DNA from: Eledone cirrhosa
Lineage: Eukaryota
Length of the DNA: 64,000 nucleotides
Reading direction: 5' to 3'
NCBI GenBank assembly: GCA_964016885.1
Contig: CAXHJY010000533.1
Span: 1-64,000, forward strand
A program made the translations under genes and the position numbers. Below, one piece after another: positions 14,266 through 28,597 of the stretch (positions are counted from its first letter, which is position 1; every line of letters starts with the position of its first letter). Under the pieces are notes generated by a model. That model did not search any database and was not told the origin of the DNA. It saw only the letters and a program-made list of their open reading frames with translations.

Positions 14266-16837
14266 CATGTGTATATATATGCGTGTGCATGTGTATATAT
14301 ATATGCGTGTGTATATATGTTTTATATATATGCATGCATGTGTGTGTGTGTATATAGGCATGTGTATGTATTTGTTATAGATATATATATGTGTATGCGT
14401 ATGTATGGGCCCAGCACTATGTGTCAATAATTGTCACAAGTGTAGTATTTGTACCAGAGTTTTCAAGTCGCTGGCTGGACTAAGAAGTCACACTCGTTCA
14501 GCGCATCGGTAGGGGTTCTCCTACATGGATATAAAGTAGTGGCCGTACTCGAAAACGAGTTGGCAGCCACCATGTATATCATCATTCATCATTTTCATTT
14601 CATTTTACATCCACTTTTCCCTGCTTGCAAGGGTGGGACGGGAAATATATATATATGTGTATGTATAAAACAAAACCTGTCAAAGGGCAAAGGAGCTCTT
14701 AAGAGTCAATGGCCATCCAAAATCACCGGGAGAGATGACCCCTTAGCCTCTGTCAAGGTAGAATTCTAGGAGAAGGAAAACTCTGATCTAACACCTGCAA
14801 CCCTGATGGTATCCAATGATGATGGCTTGTTCTTCTTTTTGGTAAATATCATCTTGGTTAAGAGAGTGGGACTGGCTTTGTGCAGTGCCTTTGCTCACTA
14901 TAAAAGCTTCATGGCACAGGCATTGCTTTATATCTGGAGATCTCTCTGCACTTGTCGTCACATGGTACCAAGGGCCCAGCACTGTGTCAATAATTGTCAC
15001 AAGTGCAGTGTTTGTACCAGAGTTTTCAAGTCGCTGGCTGGACTAAAAAGTCACACTCGTTCAGTGCATCGGTAGGGGTTCTCCTACATGGATATAAAGT
15101 AGTGGCCGTACTCGAAAACGAGTTGGCAGCCACCATATGCATGTATATATATATACATATATATAAAATCTCTACGACAGGCCCATACATCTGAAGACAG
15201 ACAACAAGCCAAGTCACTTTATCTTCCACTGGCAGAGAGGATGACCTTGAAATACATCAAAGAAGATAAAATTGAAGCTGAAGCAGGTAATGTTGTTATT
15301 GTTGTTGTTGCTACTGCTGCTGTTGTTGTTGTTGTTGTTGCTGCTGCTGCTGCTGCTGTAGTGGTGGTGGTGGTGGTAGTAGTGTTGCTTGCTATTGTTG
15401 TTCTTCATTTATTGCTAATGTGATGATGATTGTGGTGTTGGTGATGGTATTATTTGTGGTGATGGTGTTAATAGTGGTGGTGGTAGTGGTGATGGTGGTG
15501 GTGGTGGTGGTGGTGGCGATGGTGTTAATTGTGGTAGTGGTGATGGTGTTAATAGTGGTGGTGGTGGTGGTGGCGATGGTGTTAATTGTGGTAGTGGTGG
15601 TGATGGTGTTAATTGTGGTAGTGGTGGTGGCGATGGTGTTAATTGTGGTAGTGGTGTTGGTGGTGGTGGTTGCGGTTGTAGTGTTGATAGTGGTTTGTGG
15701 TTGTGGTGGTGTTAGTGTTGATGACATAGTGTGTGTAGTGTGATGGTGGTGGTGTTAATGGTGGGTAGTAGTGATGTTGATGGTAGTGATAGTGGTGGTG
15801 GTGTGAAGTATGTTATGTTAGTGGTGGTGGTGTAGAGAGGAGAAGGGAGATTTCAATTGTTTTGTTTGAATCTATATTGTTTGCTTGGAGTTGATATTCT
15901 GGTATAATGTGTGTGTGTGTGTGTGTATACTGTATCAAGGTTCATGTCTGCCTGTTCGACCGTTTGTCCATCTATGTTTCTATGTAAGTGGCTGGACCAG
16001 GTCATAAAAGTTGTACAACTAATACGGGATAGATTTTAACATAGATGAATCATCCTCATCATCGTTTAACATCCATCTTCCACGCTAGCATGGGTCTGGA
16101 CGGGAATTGTCCCACTTGAGGCAAGATTGGTTGTCTTGCTCAGGACTGTCTGGCGGGTTTTCTACGGCTGGATGCCCTTCCTAACACCAACCACGTTTAC
16201 AGTGTGGAACTGGGAGGTTTTTACCTACACGGCCACATTACAGCGTGGACTGTGTGTGTTTTTTTTTTGTTGTGACACCTACACGACCTCATTTATTTAG
16301 GACTGGATGCTGTGGTACCAACATAGCTTTACATCGAAAGGGGGGGTGTAGATGGCGGTGGGGGTAGGATTAGTGGGACGGGGGTGTATTTTGGTTAAGA
16401 GGTGCCTACTGACTGTAGGTTTCGCTTTGTACTCAGGCAAGGTGGGTCTTCTGTATTACTGTGTAGCGCCAAAGATCTCGGTCCAGTGACATTGTCTTGG
16501 AGAGGTGTAAGTGTGTGAGGTCGGATTTTATCAAGTCGTCCCAGGTTTTTCTGGGTCTGCCTACTCCGTGGCTACCATCAATTTTGATCGCCCTGCACTT
16601 TTTTATACAGCTGTCGTCTTTCATGCGCATCACGTGACCATACCAACGTAGTCTTCTCTCGAGTAAACAGCATCTGATCCCTCTTATTCCTAATTTCTCA
16701 CTTAGTTCATTTATGCTTTGCCGTTCGCGTATATTATTATTACACATCCAGCGGAGCATGCAAGCTGCACACAAGGCCCATGTCTCACTGCCATGTAACA
16801 TCGCTGTTCGTATGGAGGCATCATACAGCCTGCCTTT

Positions 16838-16869
<32 letters not shown>

Positions 16870-17582
16870 CACCGCTGGGTAAAGAAGTGCCAAGGAATAC
16901 CAGTAGAAGGAAGACCACAAAAAACATGGGCGGAGGTGGTGAGAGAAGACCTCAGATCGCTGAAGCTCACGGAGGAGATGACAAAGGACCGTGACAAATG
17001 GAGAGATGCTGTGCTGAATAGGACCCGTCCCACCCTTGCAGGCAGAGAAAAGCGAACATAAAATGATGATGGTACACACACACTGCCATCACATGTATAT
17101 ATGTATATATATATATATGTATGCATATATATGTATACAAAGGGGTGCTGAAAGAGGCCTGGCTTGGTTGCTGCTACAGAGGTCTTGTTGGAGGCCCAAC
17201 CTTCCAAATTCTTTTTACAGGGCTTAGAAAAACTGAAGGACCGCTGGAATAAGTTTGTGATTCTGAGAGGAGAATATGATGACTGAAGTCATAATTAAAA
17301 CTGAACCTCCTGTATTTTCTTTTACTCAAAGCCAGGAACTTTTCAGCACACCCTCATGTGTGTATATATATATATATTCCATATTTCCCAGTGTTGAAGA
17401 CAGTACTTTCTTCCTAAAATAAGTCTCAAAAATCTACCATGCATCCTGGAAGCCGAAGGTTGTTTATTAATTTTTTTTCAAATTTTTGGTTGTCAGAATT
17501 AGGGTGGTTCCTTGAGGACGAAGGTCTTCGGCGCTGGAAATACGGTATATATACACACACACACTTCATCACGTGTGTGTGT

Positions 17583-17637
<55 letters not shown>

Positions 17638-20600
17638 CACAATTAGACTTGTACTCTAACATTTCCACTATTGTTCCCATTCTCCTTTCACTCTCTCAAA
17701 CCCACTTCCTCCTCTTTCTCTCTTCCCATCAGAGATTCATCTTTATTTGATAATACTAAAACAGTTGGAGAAGTGGCAGGAAGCTATAGATCTGTTGCAG
17801 GGACCCCTTGGAGGTGAGAAACTTGCTTAACCTTTTCGCTGCTGTCTTGTTATGTACTGTGTAATGGTGTTGGGGACAGTTGATTAACCCTTTTGTTTCC
17901 ATATTTCTAACAAAAGACACTTTATGTCATTAACCCTTCCATTACCATATTTCTAATGAAAGACACTGCCTGTGTTATTAACCCTTTCATTACCATATTT
18001 CTCATGAAAGACACTGTCTATGTCATTAACCCTTCCATTACCATATTTCTAATGTAAGACACTGTCTATGTCATTAACCCTTCCATTACCATATATCTAA
18101 TGTAAGACACTGCCTATGTCATTAACCCTTCCATTACCATATTTCTAATGAAAGACACTGTCTATATCATTAACCCTTTCATTACCATATTTCTAATGTA
18201 AGACACTGACTATGTCATTAGCCCTTCCATTACCATATTTCTAATGAAAGACACTGTCTATGTCATTAACCCTTCCATTACCATATTTCTAATGTAAGAC
18301 AGTGTCTATGTCATTAACCCTTTCATTACCATATTTATAATGAAAGACACTGTCTATGTCATTAACCCTTTCATTACCATATTTATAATGAAAGACACTG
18401 TCTATGTCATTAACCCTTTCATTACCATATTTCTAATGAAAGACACTGTCTATGTCATTAACCCTTCCATTACCATATTTCTAATGAAAGACACTGTCTA
18501 TGTCATTAACCCTTTCATTACCATATTTCTAATGAAAGACACTGTCTATGTCATTAACCCTTCCATTACCATATTTCTAATGTAAGACACTGTCTATGTC
18601 ATTAACCCTTTCATTACTATATTTCTAATGAAAGACACTGTCTATGTCATTAACCCTTCCATTACCATATTTCTAATGTAAGACAGTATCATAAAAAATT
18701 ATTATTTATCATCATGATGTTGTTGTTGTTGTTGTCGCTGTTTATTGAAATGTTTCTCTTCCAGAAAAATTCACAAGTGAAATTGACTTTCGGAAAAAAG
18801 AGATAGCGCATTTGTATTGTAAATTGAAGAAATGGTCTGATGCTAATATAGCTTACCAGGCATTACTACAGGAGAAGTAAGTTCAGGCTTTTGATTTTTT
18901 TTATCAATTATCGCATATACTCAAATATAAGCTGACTCTCACCACCTTTTATATGTCTGAGAAATGGGCGAAAATTCAAACCCTGTTTATAAACCAAGGC
19001 AGCTAATCAACACATTGTTTAGATGGTGTATATAAGCTGACCATCCCCTCCATTTTACCATCGAGTTTTTGGTCACATATTCCTCAGTTCATATTCAAAT
19101 ATACCCCATATTTCCCTGCGTCGAAGACACTACTTTTTTCCTAAAATAAGTCTAAAAAATCTACCATGCGTCCCCGAGGATGAAGCGTCTTCGGTGCCAG
19201 GAAATACGGTATATGGTATGTTTGGTAGCAGGGATGATGTGGTAATGTTAATGAAGATGGTGGTGGTGATGATGATGATGTTAATATTGACTCTCTCTTT
19301 TTCTCTCTCTCACCTCAGCCCAGATGACTGGAACTTCTGGAGTCAATATTTAACATGTGTCACTGAACTCGTGAAGGTAAAGAAGGACAGCAATGAAGAA
19401 GATAATAGGTGAGTGGTAGGGGGTGTGGTAATGGTTGTAGCAGTGGGTAATAATTGTTTCTACTTTAGGCACAAGGCCAGCAATTATCCAGTGCATTACT
19501 GGTAAATAATAAGCAGGGAGTGGGGTTAAAAAATCTGAAAAATTAACCCTTTAGCATTTAAACCAACTGTATCCGGCCAGAATTCTCTCACATCTTTCTG
19601 TTCAAACCAGCCGTAACTAACCACTCATACTTATGTTAAGGTGTTGTTCTCAAAATAAATGATATTAGAATCTGGTGAATTTGATATCATGTAAGATAAA
19701 GCCTTTACTGTGAAAATACAACAGTATATATAGAGTAATGTAAATGTTATGTGAGATATTATGTGAGGTAAAGCCTTTACTGTGAAAATACAATAGTATA
19801 TATAGAGTAATGTAAATGCTAAAGGGTTAAGCGAGCACAGGTGAATATTCAAGACCTGAGAGTACCTACATGTTGACACACACACACTCCCATTGACTAA
19901 TGTTATATTATTCTGTCGTTTCAGTGATTCCTCAGACCATTGTACAATAGAGAAGGCTGTGTCATTTATTGAGAAACTTGCCGATGAAAACCGAGAAATT
20001 GAACGGCCTCTTCGCGGCCCTTACCTTGCACAACTACATCTACTCAAGATGCTCCACAACGACAACACCAATGATTATTCAGATATTATAGGTACTGTCA
20101 TCATCATCATCATCATCATCATCATCGTTTAACGTCCATCTTCCACGCTTGCATGGGTTTGGACGGGAGATTTCCCACTTGAGGCAAGAGTGGTTGTCTT
20201 TCTCGCATAGGACTGTCTGGCGGGTTTTCTACGGCTGGATGCCCTTCCTAACACCAACCACGTTTACAGTGTGGAACTGGTAGGTTTTTACCGTGTTACC
20301 TACACGGCCACATTACAGCGTGGACTGTGTGTTTTTTTTGTCGTGACACCTACACAACCTCATTTGTTTCGGACTGGATGCTGTGGTACCAACATAACTT
20401 TACATTGAAAGGGGTGGTGTAGATGGCGGTGGGGGTAGTGGGACGGGGGTGTATTTTGTTAGAGGTGCCTACTGACTGTAGTAGGTTTCACTTTGCACTT
20501 AGGTAAGGCGGGTCTTCTCTATTACTGAGTACCGCCAAAGATCTCGGTCCAGTGACATTGTCTTGGAGAGGTGTAAGTGTGTGAGGTCGGAGTTTATCAA

Positions 20601-20796
20601 GTCGTCCCAGGTTTTTCTGGGTCTGCCTACTCCGTGGCTAACGTCTATTTTTATTGCCCTGCACTTTTTTATACAGCTGTCATCTTTCATGCGCATCACG
20701 TGACCATACCAACGTAGCCTTCTCTCGAGTAAACAACATCTGTATATATACATATTCCATATACTGTACCGGTTGTGTTATTTCTGTTTATTTTTT

Positions 20797-20827
<31 letters not shown>

Positions 20828-21684
20828 ACAAAGAAGGATTGGCAAAATACCAAGGGGTGCCCCTGGTATCTTACCACTCCTTCTTTGTTATATATATATA
20901 TATATATATATATATGGAGGCACATGGCTCAGTGGTTAGAGCATTGGCCTTGCAATCGAAAGGTTGTGAGTTCAATTCTCAGACCGGGTGATGTGTTGTT
21001 TCCTTGAGCAAGACACTTTATTTCACATTGCTCCAGTTTACTCAGCTGTAGAAATGAGATGATAGGGACTGGGGTCCATATCATTCCACTGCAAAGTCGT
21101 CGTGAAGGTGCCACGGCAAAAAAAAAAGCACCCAGCACTCACTGTAAATGAGGTTGGTGTTAGGAAGGGCATCCAGGTGTAGAAATCAAGCCAGAATCAG
21201 TTCCCGTCCCACCCTTGCAAGCAGGGAAAAAGCGGACATAAAATGAAATGAAAATGAATGATGATACATATATTAAAATAACAGATTAAAGTTTAAGCAA
21301 AGAATCGCTACTTTCACCCTTAACGGGATCTTCTGAAGCTAAAAAAATCCAAGGTGGGATTTGAAAAACCTCGGTGGGGTTTGAACTCAGATCATAAAGG
21401 GCCGTAACTCTATGCTGCAAAGCATGGCATCCAACCCTCTACCAATAATTGTTTCTACTTTTGGCACAAGGCCAGCAATTACCCCAGTGCATTACCGGTA
21501 CTTTATTTTATCGACCCCCGTAAGGATGACAGGCAATGTTGACCTCGGCGGGATTTGAACTCAGATCATAAAGGGCCGTAACTCTATGGTGCAAAGCATG
21601 GCGTCCGACCCTCTACCAATACTGCCAGTAGAATGCAAGCTGGAAATAATTCTTACTCTCTCTTTCTCGCTCTATCACTATCAT

Positions 21685-21718
<34 letters not shown>

Positions 21719-24700
21719 CTACCATAACTCTCTCTCTCTCTCCCCCCAGGTAAACCAACTGACCTACTGAAACAGTATTTCTCCATGTTTGGTGACAAAT
21801 CTCGATGTTTTGGGGACATGCGGGACTATATAACTATGTTAGGGGACAAGGACAAGAGTCAGGTAACCATGGAAACTCTTCTACTACCTACTTTACACTG
21901 TGTATATGTATGTGTATGTACACATGTGTCTGTCTGCGTGTGTGTATGTACATATGTTTCCGTGCGTGTATGTGCATGTCTTTTTGTGTGTGTGTATCTA
22001 CATGTGTCTGTGTGTGTGTGTACATATGTGTATGCCTGTGTGTGTGTGTGTGTACACTTGTGTATGCCTGTGTATGTGTGTGTGTATCTACATGTCTGTG
22101 TGTGTGTGTATCTACATGTGCCTGTGTGTGTGTACATATGTGTATGCCTGTGTGTGTGTATCTACATGTGTCTGTATGTGTATATGTGTCTGTGTGTGAG
22201 TATGTACATGTGTCTGTCTGTGTATATGAGTACATATGTGTATGTGTGTGTGTGTGTGTACATGTTTGTCTTTGTGTATATATACATACGTGTCTGTTTA
22301 ATGTGTGTAACTATATAACTGTTAGGGAACAATGGGCTACCACCACCACCATCATCACAAACACCACCACTACCATCACCATCATCACAAACACCACCAT
22401 TACATTCACCACCACTACCACCAGCACCACCATCATCATCATAAAACACTACCACCATCAACACAACCATCACCATCAGTTAGGGATAACTTCTTTCTTT
22501 GTCTTCCACAGTTTCTGACTTCAATCAACGAAGATTTACGTTTAAACATGGGTGATAACTCACAGGAATTTCCTCAAACTGTAAGTATTGAAACAGGAAG
22601 TGTGTAATGGTTTGTGTGTGTGTTATATGAACAGTGTGTAGTGGTGTGTGAGTGTGTAATGGTCTGTGTTATATGAACAGTGTGTAGTGGTGTGTGCGTG
22701 TGTAATGGTCTGTGTTATATGAACAGTGTGTAGTGGTGTGTGCGTGTGTAATGGTCTGTGTTATATGAACAGTGTGTAGTGTAGTGGTGTGTGCGTGTGT
22801 AATGGTCTGTGTTATATGAACAGTGTGTAGTGGTCTGTGTTATATGAACAGTGTGTAGTGTAGTGGTGTGTGCGTGTGTAATGGTCTGTGTTATATGAAC
22901 AGTGTGTAGTGGTGTGTGTGTGTGTAATGGTCTGTGTTATATGAACAGTGTGTGAGTGTGTAATGGTCTGTGTTAGATGAACTGTGTAGTGGTGTGTAAT
23001 GGTGTGTTAGATGAACAGTGTGTAGTGGTGTGTGCGTGTGTAATGGTCTGTGTTATATCAACAGTGTGTAGTGGTGTGTGCGTGTGTAATGGTCTGTGTT
23101 ATATCAACAGTGTGTAGTGTAGTGGTGTTATATGAACTGAACAGTGTGTAGTGTAGTGGTGTGTTATATGAACAGTGTGTAGTGTAGTATAGCAGTGTGT
23201 AATGGTCTGTTATATCGACAGTGTGTAGGTGTAGTGGTGTGTGTGTCCACAGGTGAAAATCAGTATAGAAACATAAGATCTACCTGCCTATCCATCCATT
23301 TGTCTATCTATCTTTCTACCTACCTGTCTACTTATCTACTGATCTGTCTGTCTGTCTATTTATCTGTCTATCTACTGGCCTGTCTGTCTGTCTGTCTACC
23401 TATGTATTTATCTGTCTATCTATTGGCCTGTCTGTCTGTCTATGTATTTATCTGTCTGTCTGTCTACCTGTCTATTTATCTGTCTATCTACTGACCTGTC
23501 TGTCTACCTGTCTACCTATCTGTCTATCTACTGACCTACCTGTCTGTCTGTCTACCTATGTATTTATCTGTCTGTCTGTCTGTCTACCTGTCTATCTACT
23601 GGCCTGTCTGTCTGTCTGTCTACCTGTCTATCTATCTGTCTATCTACTGGCCTGTATGTCTGTCTGTCTACCTGTCTATTTATCTGTCTATCTACTGGCC
23701 TGTCTGTCTGTCTACTTGTCTATCTACTGACCTACCTGTCTGTCTGTCTGTCTACCTATGTATTTATCTGTCTGTCTGTCTGTCTACCTGTCTATTTATC
23801 TGTCTATCTACTGCCCTACCTGTCTGTCTGTCTACCTGCTCACCTGTCTATCTGTTGTGTCTACAGGTGAAATCAATGCAGCAACATATGACCTACCTCC
23901 GTCTGGAGCGGAGTCTAGGTAACTATGAACATATGACAACTGAAGATAGGATGTCGCAGGTGAAAGATCTTCTCAAATTTTATAAACATGGTCTCACACT
24001 TGGTGAGTAGTGTCTTTCCTTCTCTTCTACCTCTCATTCAAATATATTGGCCCAAATGTGGCTTTTAGATTCAGATTTTAGTTTAACCCTTTCGTTAGCA
24101 ACCCGGCCCAAACTGGCTCTGGTTCTATGAAATAAAACCATTCTTTTTAGGTTCTTCATCATCATTTCATTTTACGTCCGCCTTTTCCCTGCTTGCAAGG
24201 GTGGGACGGAACTGATTCTGGCTTGATTTCTACAGCTGGATGCCCTTCCTAACACCAACCTCATTTACAGTGAGTGCTGGGTGCTTTTTTGCCGTGGCAC
24301 CTCCACGACCACTTTGTAGTGGAATGATATGGACCCCAGTCCCTATCATCTCATTTCTACAGCTGAGTAAACTGGAGCAATGTGAAATAAAGTGTCTTGC
24401 TCAAGGAAACAACACATCACCCGGTCTGAGAATTGAATTCACAGCCTTTCGATTGCAAGCCCAATGCTCTAACCACTAAGCCATGTGCCTCCATGTTCTT
24501 ATATAAATTAGAATCATCTCACATAATTTATAATTGAACTATATGTTAATATTTAACCCTTTAGTTACCAGCTCAGCCAAATCCAGCTATGATCCTGTGT
24601 AATAAAACCACCCATTTTAAAGGTTTCCAATTTAAATTAAAATCTTCCAACATAATTTTATATAAGAAGCTTACATTCTCTCCCCTTTGTCTGTCAACAG

Positions 24701-27276
24701 GTAAAGATCTTCTCTCCACTGATATTCAGTATGCCGACACTTACCTTCTACTAGCAATGTATCTATTGCTGGATATATATAACCAAACAGGTAAATATAG
24801 ATACACACAGAACAACAACAACAACAGCACTTATATATATAAACAAACAGGTAAATACAGACACACAACAACAGTTATATGTATGCTTTTGTGTTCTAGG
24901 CCTAAATCCCTATCACCCTGCCACCCTCCCCATTCTTCTATGGCACTAGAGCAAGGGGGTGTAACATATTCCATTGGCGGGCCACTTTTGAACATTGGAA
25001 CAGCACAACTATTAGGGCCATTAGGGGCCATTAATATTTATTAAGCACTATTCCAAAGATTCACGACAACTTCTTTCCATAACATGGAACTGGGAAATTA
25101 TAACACACATAAGCCTATCAGTGAAGCTGAAGTAAGATGACTGGCTGGATAGTATGGAAGAGAAAGGTGTGAGAAGGGCTGTGATTTGTGGGAGTGAGGC
25201 ATGAGTGGTGAACGCGGAGCAACAGAGATGGCTGGAGAGAACAGAAGGGAATGGTGAAGAAAGACAAAAGTGACTGGGTGAAAGGAATAAAGCCTGTGAT
25301 GACTTGTGAAGAGAGATGGTTGAGGTGGGGGGAGTAAAGCCTGTGAAGAAAGGAGTGAGATGGCTGGGTCAGGTGTTGAGATGGGAGGAGTAGAGCCTGT
25401 GAAGAAAGGAGTGAGATGGGAGGAGTAGAGCCTGTGAAGAAAGGAGTGAGATGGGAGGAGTAGAGCCTGTATTACGGTTGTTACGAAAATAATTCTAAAT
25501 AAGCCTACACGGTAAAAATTAAAAGCAGTCATGGCGGGCCGGATTGTCTCTAACTTAATAGCTATATTCCATAAATAGATAAAATATTTGTTGTAGAAAG
25601 AGGGAATAAAACCTTTTCTTTATTTTAACATCAATATTTTTTTTATTAATGTTGTTGTTATTGTTGTTGTTATGCAGGTGATACAGGTGTGTTATGGCAG
25701 ATTATTGCACAGTTGGAAAAAGGACTGAAGAGCTCTCCATCAAATTTCCAAATCAAATTACTTTTAATACGACTTTATTGTACAGTTGGTAAGTTGGCTT
25801 TTCAGGGAAGAGGCTCTTCCTCCATTTTACTTACAGTTCTTCTTCTTGTTCTAGTTGTTGTTGTTGTGGAGATGTAGAGGTGGTTGGACAGAGTGGAAGA
25901 GAACGGTGTATGTATGCTCCATGTGGGAGAAGTGCCTTGATTTCTGGGAATGACACATGTAGCAGTAGAGATGGCTGGCTGGACAGAATGGAAGAGAAAG
26001 GTGTATGTATGCTCCATGTGGGAGAAGGGCTGTGATTTATGGGAGTGAGACATGTAGCAGTAGAGATGGCTGGCTGGACAATATGGAAGAGAAAGGTGTA
26101 TGTATGCTCCATGTGGGAGAAGGGCTGTGATTTATGGGAGTGAGACATGTAGCAGTAGAGATGGCTGGCTGGACAGAATGGAAGAGAAAGGTGTATGTAT
26201 GCTCCATGTGGGAGAAGGGCTGTGATTTATGGGAGTGAGACATGTAGCAGTAGAGATGGCTGGATGGACAGTATGGAAGAGAAAGGTGTATGTATGCTCC
26301 ATGTGGGAGAAGGGCTGTGATTTATGGGAGTGAGACATGGAGCAACAGAGATGGCTGGAGCGAACAGAAGGGAAAGGTGAGGAAAGACAAAAGTGACTGG
26401 GTGAAAGGAATAAAGCCTGTGATGAATGTTGTGAAGAGAGGTGGAGTGAGATGGTTGAGGTGGGAGGAGTAAAGCCTGTGAAGAAAGGCGTGAGATGGCT
26501 GGGTCAGGTGTTGAGGAAGGATGGAAGTGAGAGTGAGAAGGGGAGGGGGTGGAGTGATGGAAATGAATGTGGAAAGAGACATGATTGAAGGTGATGGAGG
26601 AGGAAATGAAAGCCAGAGAAAGGTGCAGATGATGGTGCAAAATGTAGAAATTTGTTATGAGGCCCGCATGGAAGCTGGCCCTAAAACACTTCTCATTGCA
26701 TCTGATTTGTTGTAGGTGCGTTTGGTCCCTGTACAGACATATATGACAGCATGGAGGCAAAACATATCATTAACGATACATTAGGGTGAGTTGTGTTCTT
26801 GCTTTTGTATTTCAACTCTTAACATCTTGTAATGAGTTAGCATTTAAACCGGCCATATCTGGCCAGAATTCTCTCACCTCTTTCTGTTCAAACCAGCTAT
26901 AACTGGCCACTCATACTGACATTAAGGTATTGTTCTCTAAATAAATAACATCAAAATCTCGTAGATTTGATATTATGTGAGATAATTATGTAAGATAAAG
27001 CCTTTACCACAAAAATACAATAGTTATATATAGAGAGTTAAAGTAAATGCTAAAGGGTTAACAGAAAATATCTACAAACAAGTTTGTTTATTTGAAATGT
27101 TTCTAGTATCTTTCTTACTGGACAGATCATTATGGAAACTCACATCTCTCTTTAAATAATATTCTTTCTGTCTTGTCATGTCTTTCTCCCTTTTAATTAA
27201 GCCCCTACATTTTAGTGTCTCTATTGCCATGCTTGGTGTGTGTATATAAATATATATATATAAATATATATATACT

Positions 27277-27320
<44 letters not shown>

Positions 27321-27392
27321 CTCTCCTTTATGATGTTTATAATATATTGCAAGGAGATGATGTGTGTATATATATATATATAGTAAGAAGGA

Positions 27393-27428
<36 letters not shown>

Positions 27429-27643
27429 ACAAGGAGGATGTGTGTGTGTAACTATGTATATATATAGTAAGAACGATGTGTGTATATATATATATATATA
27501 GCAAGAAGGATGTGTGTGTGTGTATATATATATAGCAAGAAGGATGTGTGTATATATATATATATATAGTAAGAAGGATGTGTGTGTATATATATATATA
27601 GCAAGAAGGATGTGTGTATATATATATATATATAGTAAGAAGG

Positions 27644-27674
<31 letters not shown>

Positions 27675-27757
27675 GATATATATATATATATAATAAGAAG
27701 GATGTGTGTGTATATATAGCAAGAAGGATGTGTGTGTGTATATATATAGTAAGAGGG

Positions 27758-27821
<64 letters not shown>

Positions 27822-28534
27822 TTATATATAAAAACAAAAATGGCTGTCTGTATGCAGGTGATGCATTTCCACAGTTTCCATCCAATTGTGTTCCAAACCT
27901 AATATATTCCTTCCATATACTGTACCGGTTGTGTTATTATTTCTGTTTCATCATCATCATCATCTTCGTTTAACGTCCATCTTCCACGGGAGTTGTCCCA
28001 CTTGAGGCAAGGTTGGTTGGGTGACTTGTCTCTCGCTCATTACCTTTTACATACATATAATGATAGGCTGTTATTTATTTGTGTTTCAGCTATGTTGTTG
28101 CTAACCATGTAAATCGGTTAGGCCATTTCCTCTCAGCACACATGATGTACAACACAATGTTGAGATTCTTCTCAGTCAACCATAAGGAGGTATGTCACAC
28201 CATGTCTTTTACATATCTAGACACTACATATTTGTTTTTACTTCTTCATCCATCTTACATTCTCTCTCTCTCTCTGAATATATACAGGGTGCCCCCCCCC
28301 CCCACACACACACACACACAAAAAATACAAATGTGTACACACTTTAATTACCTGTACAGGCAGTATATATTAGAATGCTGTTGAAGTGTGTATACATGTT
28401 TGGGTGACACCCTATATATATATATATATATATAATTGCCTTGTCTGATGAACGAATGCGGACGTGTCTTGTATTCGTCTTGTTCGGGAAACCTCTGGTA
28501 ATGAGGTAATTATACTGTATTGTTTATTATACAT

Positions 28535-28597
<63 letters not shown>

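Noticed and set aside
20915-20995. tRNA gene
   Set aside because: The A and B boxes belong to a multicopy SINE head that continues into core and LINE-like tail; there is no complete cloverleaf.
21300-21340. Minus-strand CAGAAGA-TCCC..GGGT-GAAA hammerhead-like motif
   Set aside because: The core is mutated and there is no convincing stem I or stem III; at best a remnant.
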